Part shown: in pieces, positions 33,483-45,709 of the stretch | How the letters are laid out: each line of letters starts with the position of its first letter | Numbering within the stretch: position 1 is the stretch's first letter | Source: Cyanophora paradoxa CCMP329 | Taxonomy: Eukaryota; Plantae; Glaucophyta | Length of the DNA stretch: 64,000 nucleotides | Direction of reading: 5' to 3' | Assembly: GCA_004431415.1 (NCBI GenBank) | Contig: QPMI01000399.1 | Coordinates: 124,001-188,000, forward strand | Program-made: the position numbers and the translations under genes | The notes under the pieces: generated by a model | Told to the model about the DNA's origin: nothing | The model's input: only the letters and a program-made list of their open reading frames with translations | Databases searched by the model: none

Positions 33483-36384
33483 CTACTGGGCGCGGCCCTT
33501 GGGGGCGGGGCGGGCGCGCTCGCGCTCGAGCTCCTGGGCGGCCTTGGCTTCGATGGCCTCCCAGTCGACGGGGACCTCGCGGGCGTACTGCTGGAAGCGC
33601 TTCGAGGTCTCCTCGCGGCGGAGGGCGCGGAGCCAGCGCTGGCGGTGGCCCAGCACCGTGTCCACGTGCGTCTTGTGGCTCACCGCGAGCTCCAGCGCCC
33701 GCTCCCAGTTGTAGGTCGCCACGTTGAGCATGATGGCGCGGTAGACGAGGCCCGCCTGCAGCAGGATCGCCTCCGCCTCCTCCGGCCGCCGCATCAGCAG
33801 CGCCAGCTCCGCGTTCTGGCCCTCCACGCTCGGGATCTCTTGCACGTGCAGCACGTACTGCACCTGCTGGCCGCCGTCAGCCCCGCCCCGCCCTGCCCCG
33901 CCTGGGCCAGACCCCCCCTCCGCCCGGCGCGCCTTGTCGACGTGCTCGATGGCGGCGTAGGCCATCTCGGCCGTGCCGAGCTCCCGCCCGTTGAGCGCCA
34001 TCGCCGCGAGGAGCGCCCAGAGCATCGGGTCCCGCGCGAAGCGGCAGAGCCGCACCGCCCGCTCCCAGTCCAGACGCTCCACCAGCTCGTACAGGAACCC
34101 AGGGTACGGCGACACCTGCGCCGCCAGCTGCGCCCCGTCCGCCTGCCCGCCCCGCACGCCCACCCGTCGGCCCGCGCCGCGGGGCGCGGTGCCGCGGGGC
34201 GGTGCGCACGCGGCGGATGGCGAGGCGGTTGCCCGAGAAGGAGCCGATGTGGGCTCCCTTGCCGAACTCGCTGCGGCGGGGGCGGCGGCCGTCAGGCGGG
34301 GCGCGGCGGCCCGGCGGGGCCCGGGCGGGACGATGTGGCGGCGCACGAGGCGTCGACGTCGGAGCGGGTGGCCTCGAGGAGGCCGCGGTCGACGTACGCG
34401 ACGCTCGGGTAGAAGTGCGCCCGCAGCCGCCCGTCCGCCTGAGGGACCCGTGAGGCGCGGGGGCGGGGCGCGGGGGCCGGGGCGGGGCCGCACGAGGAGG
34501 GCGAGGGCCTCGGTGCGCTCGTGCCAGCGCGCCGAGTCGACCATCCCCGCGAGCTTCACCGGCTGCACCCGCCCGCACGGCGTCACATAGAGGTCCCGGT
34601 TGCGGTCCACGAGCGCCAGCTTCCGGTCCCCCGCGCCGCCCCAGCGCGAGAGGGAGACCTCGACCACCTCGATCCCGTGCCGCACCTCGCCCAGCGCCCG
34701 CCCGCTCGCCGGCTCCACCAGCCGCACCACTGCGCGCCGTCAGGGGCCGGCCCCGACCCGCCGGCCTACCGCGGGCCCCCGCCGGGCCCCCCGCACCCTT
34801 GGGGTCGGCCCCGTCGATGACGGCGAGGCAGTCGTCCGCGAGGGCGAGCCGCTGCGTGCGCCCCGTCGGCCGGCGCGGTGGCGGGCGCGGGGGCGCGGGG
34901 GCGCGCCTGGGGGGAGAGGAGGTCGGGGCGGAGGCCGGGGAGCTTGACGGAGGCGAGGACGCGGCCCTCGTAGCTGTAGACCTGCACCCCCGAGGCCCCG
35001 TCCACCATCGCGAAGTGCCGCCCCGCCAGCACGATCAGCGTCGCCGGCTCCTTCGTGTCGAAGATGTGCGGCGTGTTCCAGTTCGCCACGCTGTAGATGT
35101 AGCACTGCGCCGCCGTCGCCGCGACGAGGTGGCCGTGGCCGAGGGCGAGCTTGACGACGCGGTCGCGGAAGTCGAGCTCGTCGGAGGTCTCCTGCGCCAC
35201 GTCCGTGACCCGCAGCCGCGCCTCCTCCACCAGCCGCGCCTCCAGCGTGCCCCACGCCGCCCCCCGCTCCAGCACCTGCCCGAAGACCACCGCCCCCGAC
35301 CCGCCGGCGGCCGCCAGCTGCGTCCCGTCCGGCGTCCACGCGATGCTCAGCAGCGAGCCCGCCGCGCACGCCTCCTTCGAGTGCGTCCAGCCCGAGCGGT
35401 CGCACAGGCGCAGCGCGTCGAAGGCGCCGGCGGCGAAGTACTCGCCGTCCGGCGCCCACGCGACGCTCGTCACCGCGTGCTCCCCGACCCCCGACGCGAA
35501 CAGCGGCCGCCCGTACGCGTCCCACACCTGCCACCCGCTCGGGGCCATGCGCTGCGCGGGCGGGGCGGGGCGGGCGGGCCTTGTAGCGGCAGTCCTCGCC
35601 AGCGGAGACGATGAGGTTGTTGACGGGGTTCCAGTCGGCGGCGAGCACGGGCGCGTCGTGCGCCTTCCACTGCAGCTGCTTCGAGGACGGCTGGATCGGC
35701 TTCACCACGAGCTGCGCCCCGCTCGAGAAGAGGATCTGGTCGCTCTCGGGGCCCCACGCCACGCTGTAAACCGGCCGGTCTGCAGCCCCGCGCTCGGCGC
35801 CGGACGAGCGAGTGGAGGGGGACGCCGCCGCACCGGTCTGCGCGAGGCTCGAGCGGAAGATGCCGGCCCGCGACCAGATCTTCACGCTCCCGTCCTCCCC
35901 CGCCGAGGCGATCGCCGTCCCCTCCAGGTTCCACCTAACGGATATCGCCGCGCCCTTGTGTGCCTCCACGCTCTTCTCCAGACGCCCCGTGCGGGAGACC
36001 AGCTTGATGGTCCCTGCCAAGCACGTCGGCGGCGCGCGCTGGCGCGCCGGGAACGCAGCTAGTGCCGCACCGTCGGTGCATGACACCACGAACACGTCAG
36101 ATCCGCTCTGCTGCTTCGCCTTTGACGCCGGAAACCAGTGCATGTCGGTGATGTATGTCCCTTCCACCGCCATCACCTTCGCCTGCGGCTCCCCCGCAGC
36201 GCTCCATCGCCAGATCGTCTGGTCGTCACTGCACGTCAGCAGCTCGTTGGCGGCGTTCCACCCAGCGGCCGTCACAATGTCCGAGTCTGCGAGCGGCCAC
36301 GGTCTCACGGGGCGGCGCGCGGACACCCGAGAGGCAAGGGATTGCACGGTGGTTCTTCGCGAGCTGTGAGACCTTGAGCCGCAT
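33483..36384 (-). CDS. IFT80: Intraflagellar transport protein 80 (multi-exon)
   Basis: [113 protein letters not shown]. Confidence 0.97.
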
Positions 36385-36574
36385 ACTCAGGCGGCCCGGC
36401 CGGCCGGGATGCTGCTGGGCGACACGCGCAGAGAAGGTGATGCTGGGCACGCTCGTGCGCTCCTGAAGCCTCGAAGCCAATCCAAACCGGTGCCCTACGA
36501 GCAAGCCACCACCAACGCTTAAACCGGCACTTGCAATTTAGCCCGCCGACGTACCCAACCACAGAAAAAAGGAG

Positions 36575-38514
36575 ATGGCCGACCCGCGCCCGCTGCCGAG
36601 GGCGGGCTCCATCCGGCTGCACGGGGCAGTGTCCCTCGACGAGGTTCCCGGAGGCGTCGCCCCGCCCGACCGCGACCTGCCGCGCTCGGCCTCCGGGCGG
36701 CTGCTGCAGCGTGCGTGCCCCCTTTCCGATGTCTCAACCGCGGCCAGATCTGATCCGAATCATCTCTCTGCCGGATTCTGGAGCGCAGTGCCACGGAGCA
36801 ATTCCATCAAGCTCCAGATGCCGCGATCCGATTCCGGGGCTCAGCTGGCGGTGCCTGGGCCTCTCGTCCTCGAGGCACGACCGCCGAGTCCGATGGAAGT
36901 AAGCATTGCTGCGCTCCGTAAGGGTTCCGTGCCGGCGGTGCGTTTCGTAGCGGTGCGTTTCGTCAGTTTTGCCACTGGTCAACCGGCCGGTGCGACAGCT
37001 CGGCCTTTCTTCGCCGGTTCGAGCGGTGATCGACAGCGGGCGGAGAAACTCGTCGCCCCTAGTGTCGCAGGACGCGCCAGGCACACTCGCTGTGCCCCCC
37101 TCAGTGCCGGAGGCCGGCGAGCCTTCGCCGGACGCCTCGATGGATTGTACCGGTACGGAAATCACGAACCAGCAAGCAGTTTCCGGTCTGTTTCCTCTTT
37201 CCGCGTTTCTCGCCCGCGGGGCTGACGGGGGGGCCGTGCAGCGGAAGGGATCGCGGCGGGCCTCTCCACCCTTGCGGTGGGCGACGGGACCGCTGGCGGC
37301 GCCGTGCCGTGCTCGCCTCCGAGGCGCGCGGGCTCGTTTCGGTCCTCGTCATTCAAGGGGATGGCGCCGAAGGTGCGGACGGGGGGGCGGCGGGCGGGTG
37401 GCGGGCGGGGCCGACGCGCCCCCCGGGGCGACAGATCGTTGCCTCGGGGGAGAGGAAGGAAGTTGTGATCCTGGAGCCGACGCACCTCGCGGTGGATGCG
37501 GCGCAGGAGGGCCGCCTGCGCGACCTCTTCGCCCTCTGGCGCTTTGACGAGCCCGAGACCCGCGCCCGCGTGCGCCCCAAACCGTCCCCGCCGCCGCGCC
37601 CGCCGACGCCTGCCCAGGGCCGGGCGCACATGCTCGCGGTCGTCGAGGCGGCCGTGCGGGGCGCGCCTGCGGCCGCCCCCGCCGGCCTCGACGAAAGGCA
37701 CGCCACCCTTCCGCCGGGCGGGCGCGCGGTAGCTGAGGGCGGCGCAGGGCTGCGAGGGCGGCGGCGGCGGTGGAGGGGCGGACGGCGGCGCTGGCGGGCC
37801 TGGGGGCGGCCCCGGAGGCGAACTGGGACGACTTCTTCCTCTACTTTACGGTCCTCTGCGCTGGCGCCGGCCCGCCGACTTCGACGCCTCCTCGCCCACC
37901 TCCTCTCCCGCGCCCGCGCCCCCGTCTCCGTCCCGGCGCCCGGGCCGCGGGGAGGCGGCGGCCCCGCGACGCCGGCGGGGCGGGGGCGGGCCGGCGGGGC
38001 TCGTTCCGGTCCTCGTCGTTCAAGGGGATGGCGCCGAAGATCGTCTCGTGGACGGAGGGCGAGGGGGCGGCGCGCGTCGTCGTCGAGCCGACCCGCCTCG
38101 CCGTCGACGCGGAGGAGGAGGAGCGCCTCCGCCACCTCTACACCCTCTGGGCCTGCGGCGCCGCCCACAAGGTGCCCCGCCCCGGCCCTCCCCGCCCGGG
38201 CCCGGGCCCCGGGCCGAGGCCGCCGGCAGCTGCGGGACCTCGAGGCGGCGGTGCTGGCGGAGGTCGGCGGCGCGCCGCTCGCCTTCGCGCAGCCGGCGGA
38301 GCTCGCCGCCCGCCTCGCCCGGGCCCGCGCCGCGCTGCGGGAGCGGCCGGCGGCGGCGCAAGAGGCGGGGGAGCTCCCCCCCTGGGACGACTTCTTCCTC
38401 TTCTTCACGACCCTCTGCGCCGGCGTCGCCCCCGCCGAGTTCGACGCGTTCCTCGCCCACCTCCTCTCTCGCGCCCGCGCCCACGCACCGACCCTCCCGG
38501 GCCTCTCCCCGTGA
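36575..38514 (+). CDS. Hypothetical protein with two tandem copies of an uncharacterised (EF-hand-like?) module
   Basis: The following motif string occurs twice: GSFRSSSFKGMAPKIV..EPT.LAVDA..E.RLR.L..LW ... WDDFFL.FT.LCAG..PA.FDA.LAHLLSRARA. Confidence 0.7.
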
Positions 38515-38775
38515 AGCCCGCATGCACGCTATGTACTGAATGATGTGTATGCTCTTGCTCTTGAGCAGCCGCCGCGCGCCCACGGCCCGACGTGCACGCG
38601 GGACGGTACGGTAAGCGTTCCGGATCCGGTCGACCAGCCCGGATGCGCATGCGCAAGCGCGGGGCGATCCCAACTGTGCAGGGGAGGGGGCGAGCGGGGG
38701 TCGGGTACAGGTCGTGCGGCCACCCCAGCTGCAGTATACGTATAGTCGAGCTGGCCGTCACTGAGTTGCCGCACG

Positions 38776-40266
38776 ATGTCGCGAGGAGGGGAAGGTGCGC
38801 AATCTGGGCCCGCTCGCGAGATTGGTGGTGCTCCGCCGGGCTTGATAACACATGGCGCAGAAACGCCGATGTCCACTTTCGACGACGCTATGGCGCGGTA
38901 CTTTCCCGGATTTATGACGCTGAGCGATTTCATAGCGTTCACCACCACGGAGCTTGCGCGGCTCGGCATGAACAGCGGGGTGCCTGTCGGCTCTGCTGCC
39001 ACGGCAAGCCGCTTTTGTGACCCCAGCTTCGTGCAGAACACAATGCCATGCATCGCGACCTGCAGGGAAGGTCACTCTCGGGCTGTCGCGGAAGTCATCA
39101 TGCGGGAGTGGGGCACTGCAGGGCGCAGTGCCCAGATCGTGAGCATCTCGTGCGTTGCAGGTGTTCCGTACCTCGGGTTCGCTAGCCTGTGCCGCGACCC
39201 CGAAGGATGGTATGCTGAGATCGCCGTAGGAAGGCCGCGTTCCACGATATAGCCCGTACCGTCGACAAGGTGCGCGCAGACGTACACGGAGTATCTCTGC
39301 GCTCTAAGTATCACAGGCGTTCGCTTGCTACGGATTCGCCCAGCTATCGATCAACGAGTGGGGTGAGATCGGCAAACCTTCTTTCTCGGAAAGGAGAAGC
39401 AGTGATGCGAGCCCTGTTCTTCGGACGCTTCGCATGCTCTTATACCGTCGCAGGAGCCTCCCTCTGCTTTGCAAGAATTCGTGCGCCAGTTCAAGACTGG
39501 ACGATTACGGCTAGATTTGGACCTGCGCAACGTGGAGGCCAGTCTTCTACGCCAGGATCTCCATCGCCGTTTGTGCCGGACAGTATCCCGTGTATGGAAG
39601 CTGCCGATATGTGTGCGTCTTGCGTTCTGACGCAGTGTAGGGAGCCGTGGACTTGCCGATCGTGACGAGGGCGGCCATGATTTCGTCACACGATCATTTG
39701 GAAGCCCTCGTTCAATCAACCGCAGCTGCTCGAAAGGGGATGTATGCGGTGCGCTGCAATGGATTCCATTCTGCCTGGATCTCACTTGTGCGACCCTCTT
39801 AGGTCCTCTCTGGAGTTCACATTTGTGGCCCTGAAGACCGCCACTACGTTTACCCAGGTCCCATGTACGTGCAGATAGCCGGGACAAGAACGAACATTAC
39901 AGTCCGTGTTCTGTTTTTTGTGTTTTTACTACAGTCGCTACGGACCAAAGCTGTTATTAGAGTCCTGTGATGTCGGAATCCCCACGTGCAAGTCCACGTG
40001 TGCTACGTGAAAGCCCTGCAGGTGCGCTGTGTCTCCGAGCCTTAGACAGGTGCGATCACGAACACCATATCAGACCTGGCCGCAGGAGACAGGGCACGTG
40101 TGGCTGACAGGCATCACAAGAGACCAAGCGATGACGGTATTTGATGCACTTCACTCCCTTTCTTCCTAAACCTTACCAGTTCGCGTGTATAGTTGCTGCT
40201 ATCCGTCCCCACTCTCCCTCCAGGAAGACCAGTTGACTGGTCAGACAGTCGATCTCTTGTTCACTG
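38776..40266 (+). CDS. LCIB/LCIC (theta-carbonic-anhydrase) family homolog, divergent
   Basis: YFPGFMTLSDFIAFTTTELARLGMN, NTMPCIATCRE, AGVPYLG, FAQLSINEWGEIG, DLPIVTRAA, VLSGVHICGP..HYVYPGPMYVQIAG follow the LCIB motif order. The 3' end is approximate. Confidence 0.75.
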
Positions 40267-40336
40267 AAATATGCCTCGGGGTCGCCTTTTCTCTCATGCA
40301 CACATTCGCTATTCTCTAAAGACAAAAAGCGCCATG

Positions 40337-40782
40337 CTATGAGGCCTCCTGTACGAATGGGTTGGCGATTTCTTCAGTTCCGTCCACAGGGCACACTAGC
40401 ATGACCGCCGTTCCACGGCACACTACAAGGCCCAGTTTCCTAGTCTCGTCAGTCACCTTGTACGGGTCCTCGGCATCTGTGGCCGATGATGAGTGCGGGC
40501 GCTGAATCTCAAAACGCTCGACCGCACCACGTATCCTTTCCACACAGTCGTCGAGAACAATGTTAACAAGCGGATCGTAGCCTTTCAGGATGCCCGTAAC
40601 TGTGCGTGTGCTCAGGAGCGCAGCTCAGAGAGGCAATGGAAGAGGAGCTTGCCTTGCCGGCCTCCGTTGAACTTGACCTCGACGGGCTTGTCCACGTACT
40701 TGTTCAGATCAAGTATGGACTCCTTCTTCGACTGCGCAGCGTCAGGCGGCTGAATTTTCCAAATACCAAGCGCACGCACCAT
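40337..40782 (-). CDS. LSM7: Sm-like protein LSm7
   Basis: An ATG-only first exon, then SKKESILDLNKYVDKPVEVKFNGGRQ / VTGILKGYDPLVNIVLDD / TRKLGLVVCRGTAVMLVCPVDGTEEIANPF. Confidence 0.97.
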
Positions 40783-41712
40783 TACACCGTCTGTGTTGTG
40801 CAACGCGAGCTTGTCGGGGGGCGCTATCGCGCGAGAGCTTGTCGGCGGGCGCTATCCGTATAATCAGCACCGTGACTCGACGGGGCGCGAATTGAACGCA
40901 CATTTAGCTTCGAGCTCCGACTATTGGGTGCTTCTGTGCCGGTCGTCGCTGGAGTTCCCTTTTCGGGGCCAGCCGCCGCAGTTCGAGGGGGGAATTCGTG
41001 CCCCCCGCGGCCGGTGTCGAATCTTCATGATCGATATCGATGACGTTCATGATATCAGAGTTGTTATGTTAACGTCCATGATCATTTAGTCAGATATCAG
41101 AGTCATCGATATCAAAGTTTCGGCGAATTATTCGAATTCAAGCCAGATCTAGAGTTTCGGCGAATTATTGGAATTACTTGGCTAATTATATATATATATA
41201 TATATAAGCTGCTGTTAGCTTATAAAATTAATTAAGCTTTCGAACTTATATATAATTAAGCTTTCTTCTGCGCTTACGGCCGCAGCCAAACGCATCCGCA
41301 GAGTGCCGGCCGCCAGCCGCCGCGCGCATGCGCAAGAAGAAGAAGAGTATGTATAAGACACGCCCAAGCCGGTTGTGCGGTTTTGACGAGAGGCGAAGGA
41401 CCCGAAGGCCCGAAGCACAATCGACAGTGAACCAACCAGACAAGGGTAGTGGCGGCGCAAACGCCTTACGGTCTGCCATGTATGCCCCGGCGGTCCGGCG
41501 CTCATACACGCAGACACGGAAAGCAACCACAGACATCCCAATGCGGGCCTCTTCCTAATGCCGGCCTGGGGGAGTCCTGGTCACGACCTCACGTGTGAAA
41601 CCTTCAGCCATCAGTCATGTCATCAGCCTCTTCGTCAGAGATAAGCACCATTGGGGAACCTGGGTCCTCTGCGGTTCTGTCATACCCAGTCTTGCTGGCG
41701 TGGGCGTGTCTT

Positions 41713-42777
41713 TTACTTGCTCTCTTTTTTTTTTGGGTCATCAGCGAGATCCATAGGGGCAGCGGATGGGAAAGTTGGGGGAGGTGAAGGCCGCAAGCGT
41801 TTGAAAGAAACCTGAGGTGGGACACCAGGAATGTTATCACCATGATCCAGAGCACCAGGGTCTGGAGAAGACACTCGACGACGCTTAGACGGGACAATAG
41901 AAGGAGAAAGAGGATCAGTATCCATGGGCGTCATAGGCGCAGAAGACGGCAGAGGGGCAGAAGAGGGAGGAGCTGGGGAAGCAATGACAGCATGACTCGT
42001 GAAGTCGGGCTCAACATCAACAGCGTCGATTCGGATAGGAGAGATCGGCAGCAGATCAGGGGCAAGCTCAGTGTCATCCACATAGATGATAACTTGAGGA
42101 GAGGGCGGACGTGAACCTGTATCATCTATAGCAGCATCAAGACCAAACGCTGAAGCACCAACACGACGGCGTTGAAGAGGCGGCTCATCCTCCGAGTCAA
42201 TATCAGGCGGCGGGTGAGGTGGCAGCGGGTGAGGGGGTGAGTGAGCTACAGGACCAGGGTCAGGGGCAGGGTCGGGTCCACCAGGGGGGTCGTCATCATC
42301 TGATGAGGTACTACTGGAGGAATCACCAGGATCATCAGGGCCAAGGTCGGAAAGGTCAGAGGAGTCTGAGCCGTTGTCAGGAGGGGACATATAGCCTTCA
42401 AGATCCTCCTTTTCAAGACGCTGCAGCAAGACAGGCCGCGCACTGGCATAAGGAAACTGAGCCACAAGGGGGCTAGGGGCTAGATCGGGGCTAGGGGCAG
42501 GCTGAGCAATATGTTCACAGTGCTCATAAGAGGCTAGGGAATGGTCATAAGTACGAGCAGCGTCTAAAAGATTAGCGTAGAATGAAGAATGAGAGGGGTC
42601 AGCAGTAGAGATGAAACGGAAATACCCACGGACATAGGTGACTTTAAATCGAGGTAAACGGCGAGGAAGCATGTCCATGAAATCGTCCAGTTCGCGGAAC
42701 AAGGCAGTCATCAGTGTAGCGGTCTTCAAGCCCGTCTTGGAGGAAGGTGTAAGGGGCAGCTGTGTGTTAGGGTCCAT
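41713..42777 (-). CDS. Intronless hypothetical protein with acidic/Pro-rich low-complexity C-half and basic tail
   Basis: Open frame from MDPNTQLP. A globular-looking N-part (LFRELDDFMDMLPRRLPRFKVTYVRGYFRFIS) is followed by D/P/S-rich sequence with NLS-like KRRR and PKKK. Confidence 0.55.
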   Translation of the reverse strand: MDPNTQLPLTPSSKTGLKTATLMTALFRELDDFMDMLPRRLPRFKVTYVRGYFRFISTADPSHSSFYANLLDAARTYDHSLASYEHCEHIAQPAPSPDLAPSPLVAQFPYASARPVLLQRLEKEDLEGYMSPPDNGSDSSDLSDLGPDDPGDSSSSTSSDDDDPPGGPDPAPDPGPVAHSPPHPLPPHPPPDIDSEDEPPLQRRRVGASAFGLDAAIDDTGSRPPSPQVIIYVDDTELAPDLLPISPIRIDAVDVEPDFTSHAVIASPAPPSSAPLPSSAPMTPMDTDPLSPSIVPSKRRRVSSPDPGALDHGDNIPGVPPQVSFKRLRPSPPPTFPSAAPMDLADDPKKKESK

Positions 42778-43479
42778 TGCAAACGTAGCCGCAGCTTCAG
42801 TGCGACCTGCTCGATAGGCCAGACAATACGAGCGGAAAATGACGTGCAATCCAAGAATCCGAACAACCTGCCACTCCCAGTTCTGCAAGAACATCCAGCT
42901 GTCAGCAAAACGGACCGAGCCAGTAAGCAACCAGGCAACAAAGCAAGCGGAAGGAATGGGCATCGGTTGGAGCTGCAGGGCATGGAAGATGAGCGACCAA
43001 AACTGCTGCACAAAACAGGGCAGAGAACGAAAACGTGCAGCGAAGAAGGAAGCAATTGCAAAAGAGGACCGGCCGCGCCACGGTGGTCCGGCCGGTTGCG
43101 AGCAAAGCCCCGTGCGGGGAACCTCATTGGGCCACGTCCCACAGGGCACGCAGCGCCAAATTAAAGGAGGGGCCGGCGCCGCGCGCCGAGAGGGCCCCAG
43201 GCCAGGGCCAGAAAAGGTAGACCACTCATTGCCTCGCGATCGTGGGCGTGGCTGGGGAGGATATCTCTTCACTCCCCTTGTACATGTGTCGGGGGGTACG
43301 CATTAGCTGCCCAGGTACTCATATTGCGCCCGCAGGGGGTACGTGATTTCGAGGGGGGTACAGCTTCTTGAAGAAGAAGAAGAGTATGTATTCAAATTAT
43401 TCGAAATGAGAGGAATTCGAATTAAGGCTGGAAAACAATTATTGTCGCAAAGCAACCTAATTATAAGGAAACGCGTTTC

Positions 43480-43842
43480 CTAGGCCTGTGAAGTGATAAA
43501 CTGCTGTACATGAAAATAGACAACGGTGCCATTATTTATAAATATACTATGATACCATTGTGCTTGATCCAGCCAGGCAGCCAAGTGGACATCGAATTCG
43601 AAGGCCTTCATGATGAAGGCTTGAAGAAGTAGCCGGCCTAGGCTTAGGCTGAGCACGCGCTCGGCCGAGGCTTCAAAGGTGCTGTAGGGGATGGTAGGAG
43701 GGTCGGCAAACGCGCCCGGCAAATTGGGCAGTCGGACGGTCGACGGGTACACGATGACTGAGCCGGCAACCCGGGTACAGCAAGACCCATTTCGCAGATA
43801 CGGGTACATCAGTGCCTGGGCTCGCAAGTCCGGGTACGCCAT
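43480..43842 (-). CDS. Intronless 120-aa hypothetical protein
   Basis: ORF MAYPDLRAQALMYPYL..., whose ATG directly follows the repeated CTT-rich motif. Confidence 0.4.
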   Translation of the reverse strand: MAYPDLRAQALMYPYLRNGSCCTRVAGSVIVYPSTVRLPNLPGAFADPPTIPYSTFEASAERVLSLSLGRLLLQAFIMKAFEFDVHLAAWLDQAQWYHSIFINNGTVVYFHVQQFITSQA

Positions 43843-44423
43843 GCGCCCGAAGAAGAAGAAGAAGAGTATGTATAAGACACGCCCAAGCGCCCAAGCCGAT
43901 GAGCAGCAGCCTGGCAGGCGCGCAGCTCGTACGAGATGCTTCCGCGTTCGGGTCGGCCTTCGCTAGAAGAAAGCAGATTACTCTTACGCTCTGGTAGAGT
44001 AATCTTCCCATTTCAACTTCTAGCGAATCATTGAATTATAATTACTAGCTATGCATATATATATATATATATATAAGAGCTCATGCACCTGTGCACGTGT
44101 ACATGTATACGTAAACGTATATATACGTACATGTGTCATCATAATGATGATCTTGCAATTGGCATGTGCTACGCGTACGGTGCCTAGGCCTGGCTGTACG
44201 TACATGTGGGCCTCATGATCATGCAGTACGTGCAGAGTTGCCGCACAGTGCATTGCAATGCAAGTTCAATTGATGCATTTGATCAGCGCTGATGCTAAGC
44301 GCCATTGTCACGGTGGCCATAGCTAGCGCTGGATCAATATCGATCGTTCTAGATCTTGAGTTCTGAGGCTCATACGCGTGTCCTTCATGAGTTACGGTCT
44401 CTTCCGCTTGAATCCATTTTCGT

Positions 44424-44493
44424 AATAACCTCTTAGCTGATCAAATATTAAAATAATCAATAACCTCTTAGCTGATCAAATATTAAAATAACC
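44424..44493. repeat. 35-bp tandem duplication
   Basis: aataacctcttagctgatcaaatattaaaataa occurs twice. Confidence 0.9.
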
Positions 44494-44544
44494 CTCCTTC
44501 AGCGGTCTCATCTATAGCTTGTATTGTCTTCAGCTTGAATTCTG

Positions 44545-45509
44545 CTATTTCGGTCGATCGCCTGACAACATTCTGGCAAACCGACTAGGAAATAGGGATA
44601 ACCTGTCCACTAACGCTTCAAAGCTGTCGACTGCTGGTCGGACGTCGATCCAAATTCGCCTGGTCTGCAAAAACCCCTGCGAAGCGGACGTCAAACAGCA
44701 GAGGGTCGAGGTGAAGCAGCAGGGGGACCTTGTCGTTGAAAGATATGGCCTTATCGTCGGGCAGCGGAGAGTTCTCGTCGTAGTAATAGTCAATAATATA
44801 TCGCACTTCTTTTCCGCACCTATCCACAATCCAGTCATGCCGATCAAACGGCTCGGGACCTCTGCAACTTGAATGAAAAGCCGCAGCGTGCAACTCGATG
44901 CAGACCGTACCCAAGCCACTTGCGAATGAGAGCTTTTGGGCTAAGCTGGTCCGGCCGCCCCTTGAACTTCAGCAGGGTCGAATTCTCACAGTCGCTGCGC
45001 TGAACCGTCATTTCCGAGCGGAGACTGTGCGCAAGCAAGAGATCCGTGCACCAGCATTGCTGGTGACGCCTTTCCCAATACCCGATCTCCTGCCACGTGC
45101 GCTCATTCATCCCGTTGTGAATCTTGATGACCATGGCGACGTCTTCCTCTTTGACGCCCTCGGCTTTGCCCTTTCGGTTGAGCGAGTTCCAGAACTGCTG
45201 TTCGGAAGGATACAACCACGTCGAGTCAGTGCCGCCTTTGGGGATCGTCGACTGCACGCGCGTGGTTGGCAGCGGGATGCGCTGCCCTGGAGTCGGCTGC
45301 AGATTGGGGGGCGGCATCTGGTTGCGGGGATCGATCTCCTGCGCGTACACGTTGAACTGCTTCGGGTTCTTCCATCGCTGCGGGGCCGGGCACGCGTCCT
45401 CGCGCGGCGCGCCGAATCCGACGGGGCAGCCGCCGTCCAGCGCAGCGCCGTTGCTCGAGCCGGGGGCGCTCGCAGCACCCGCGGGCGGCTGAGACTGGCG
45501 CGCTCCCAT
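44545..45509 (-). CDS. HCCS: Holocytochrome c synthase (cytochrome c heme lyase)
   Basis: MGARQS, CPV heme-regulatory motif, [86 protein letters not shown]. Confidence 0.97.
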
Positions 45510-45709
45510 CCGCGGCTTTTTTTTTGAGAAGAGCCGGTATCCGGGCGGCTGGCATCGCCGCATCGGCCGCGGTAACTGGCCGAAGATGCAGGGCCAGGGC
45601 CCGCCGTACGAAGAGTACCGCCAGTACAGGCCGTCCACAGCACGAGGTGCGCCTCTGCAGCCGCGCGTTTGAATGTTTTCCTGCCGCGTCGCTCAGCCGC
45701 GCCCGTCGG

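Larger units (their letters stand above)
41190..44075. mobile_element. Probable insertion bounded by (TA)n tracts, with recurring (AAG)n-AGTATGTATAAGACACGCCCAAGC motifs
   Basis: (TA)n at ~41188-41206 and ~44054-44074. The motif occurs at 41334-41371, 43371-43391 (partial) and 43849-43888. The intronless ORFs are unlike the flanking host genes. Confidence 0.5.
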
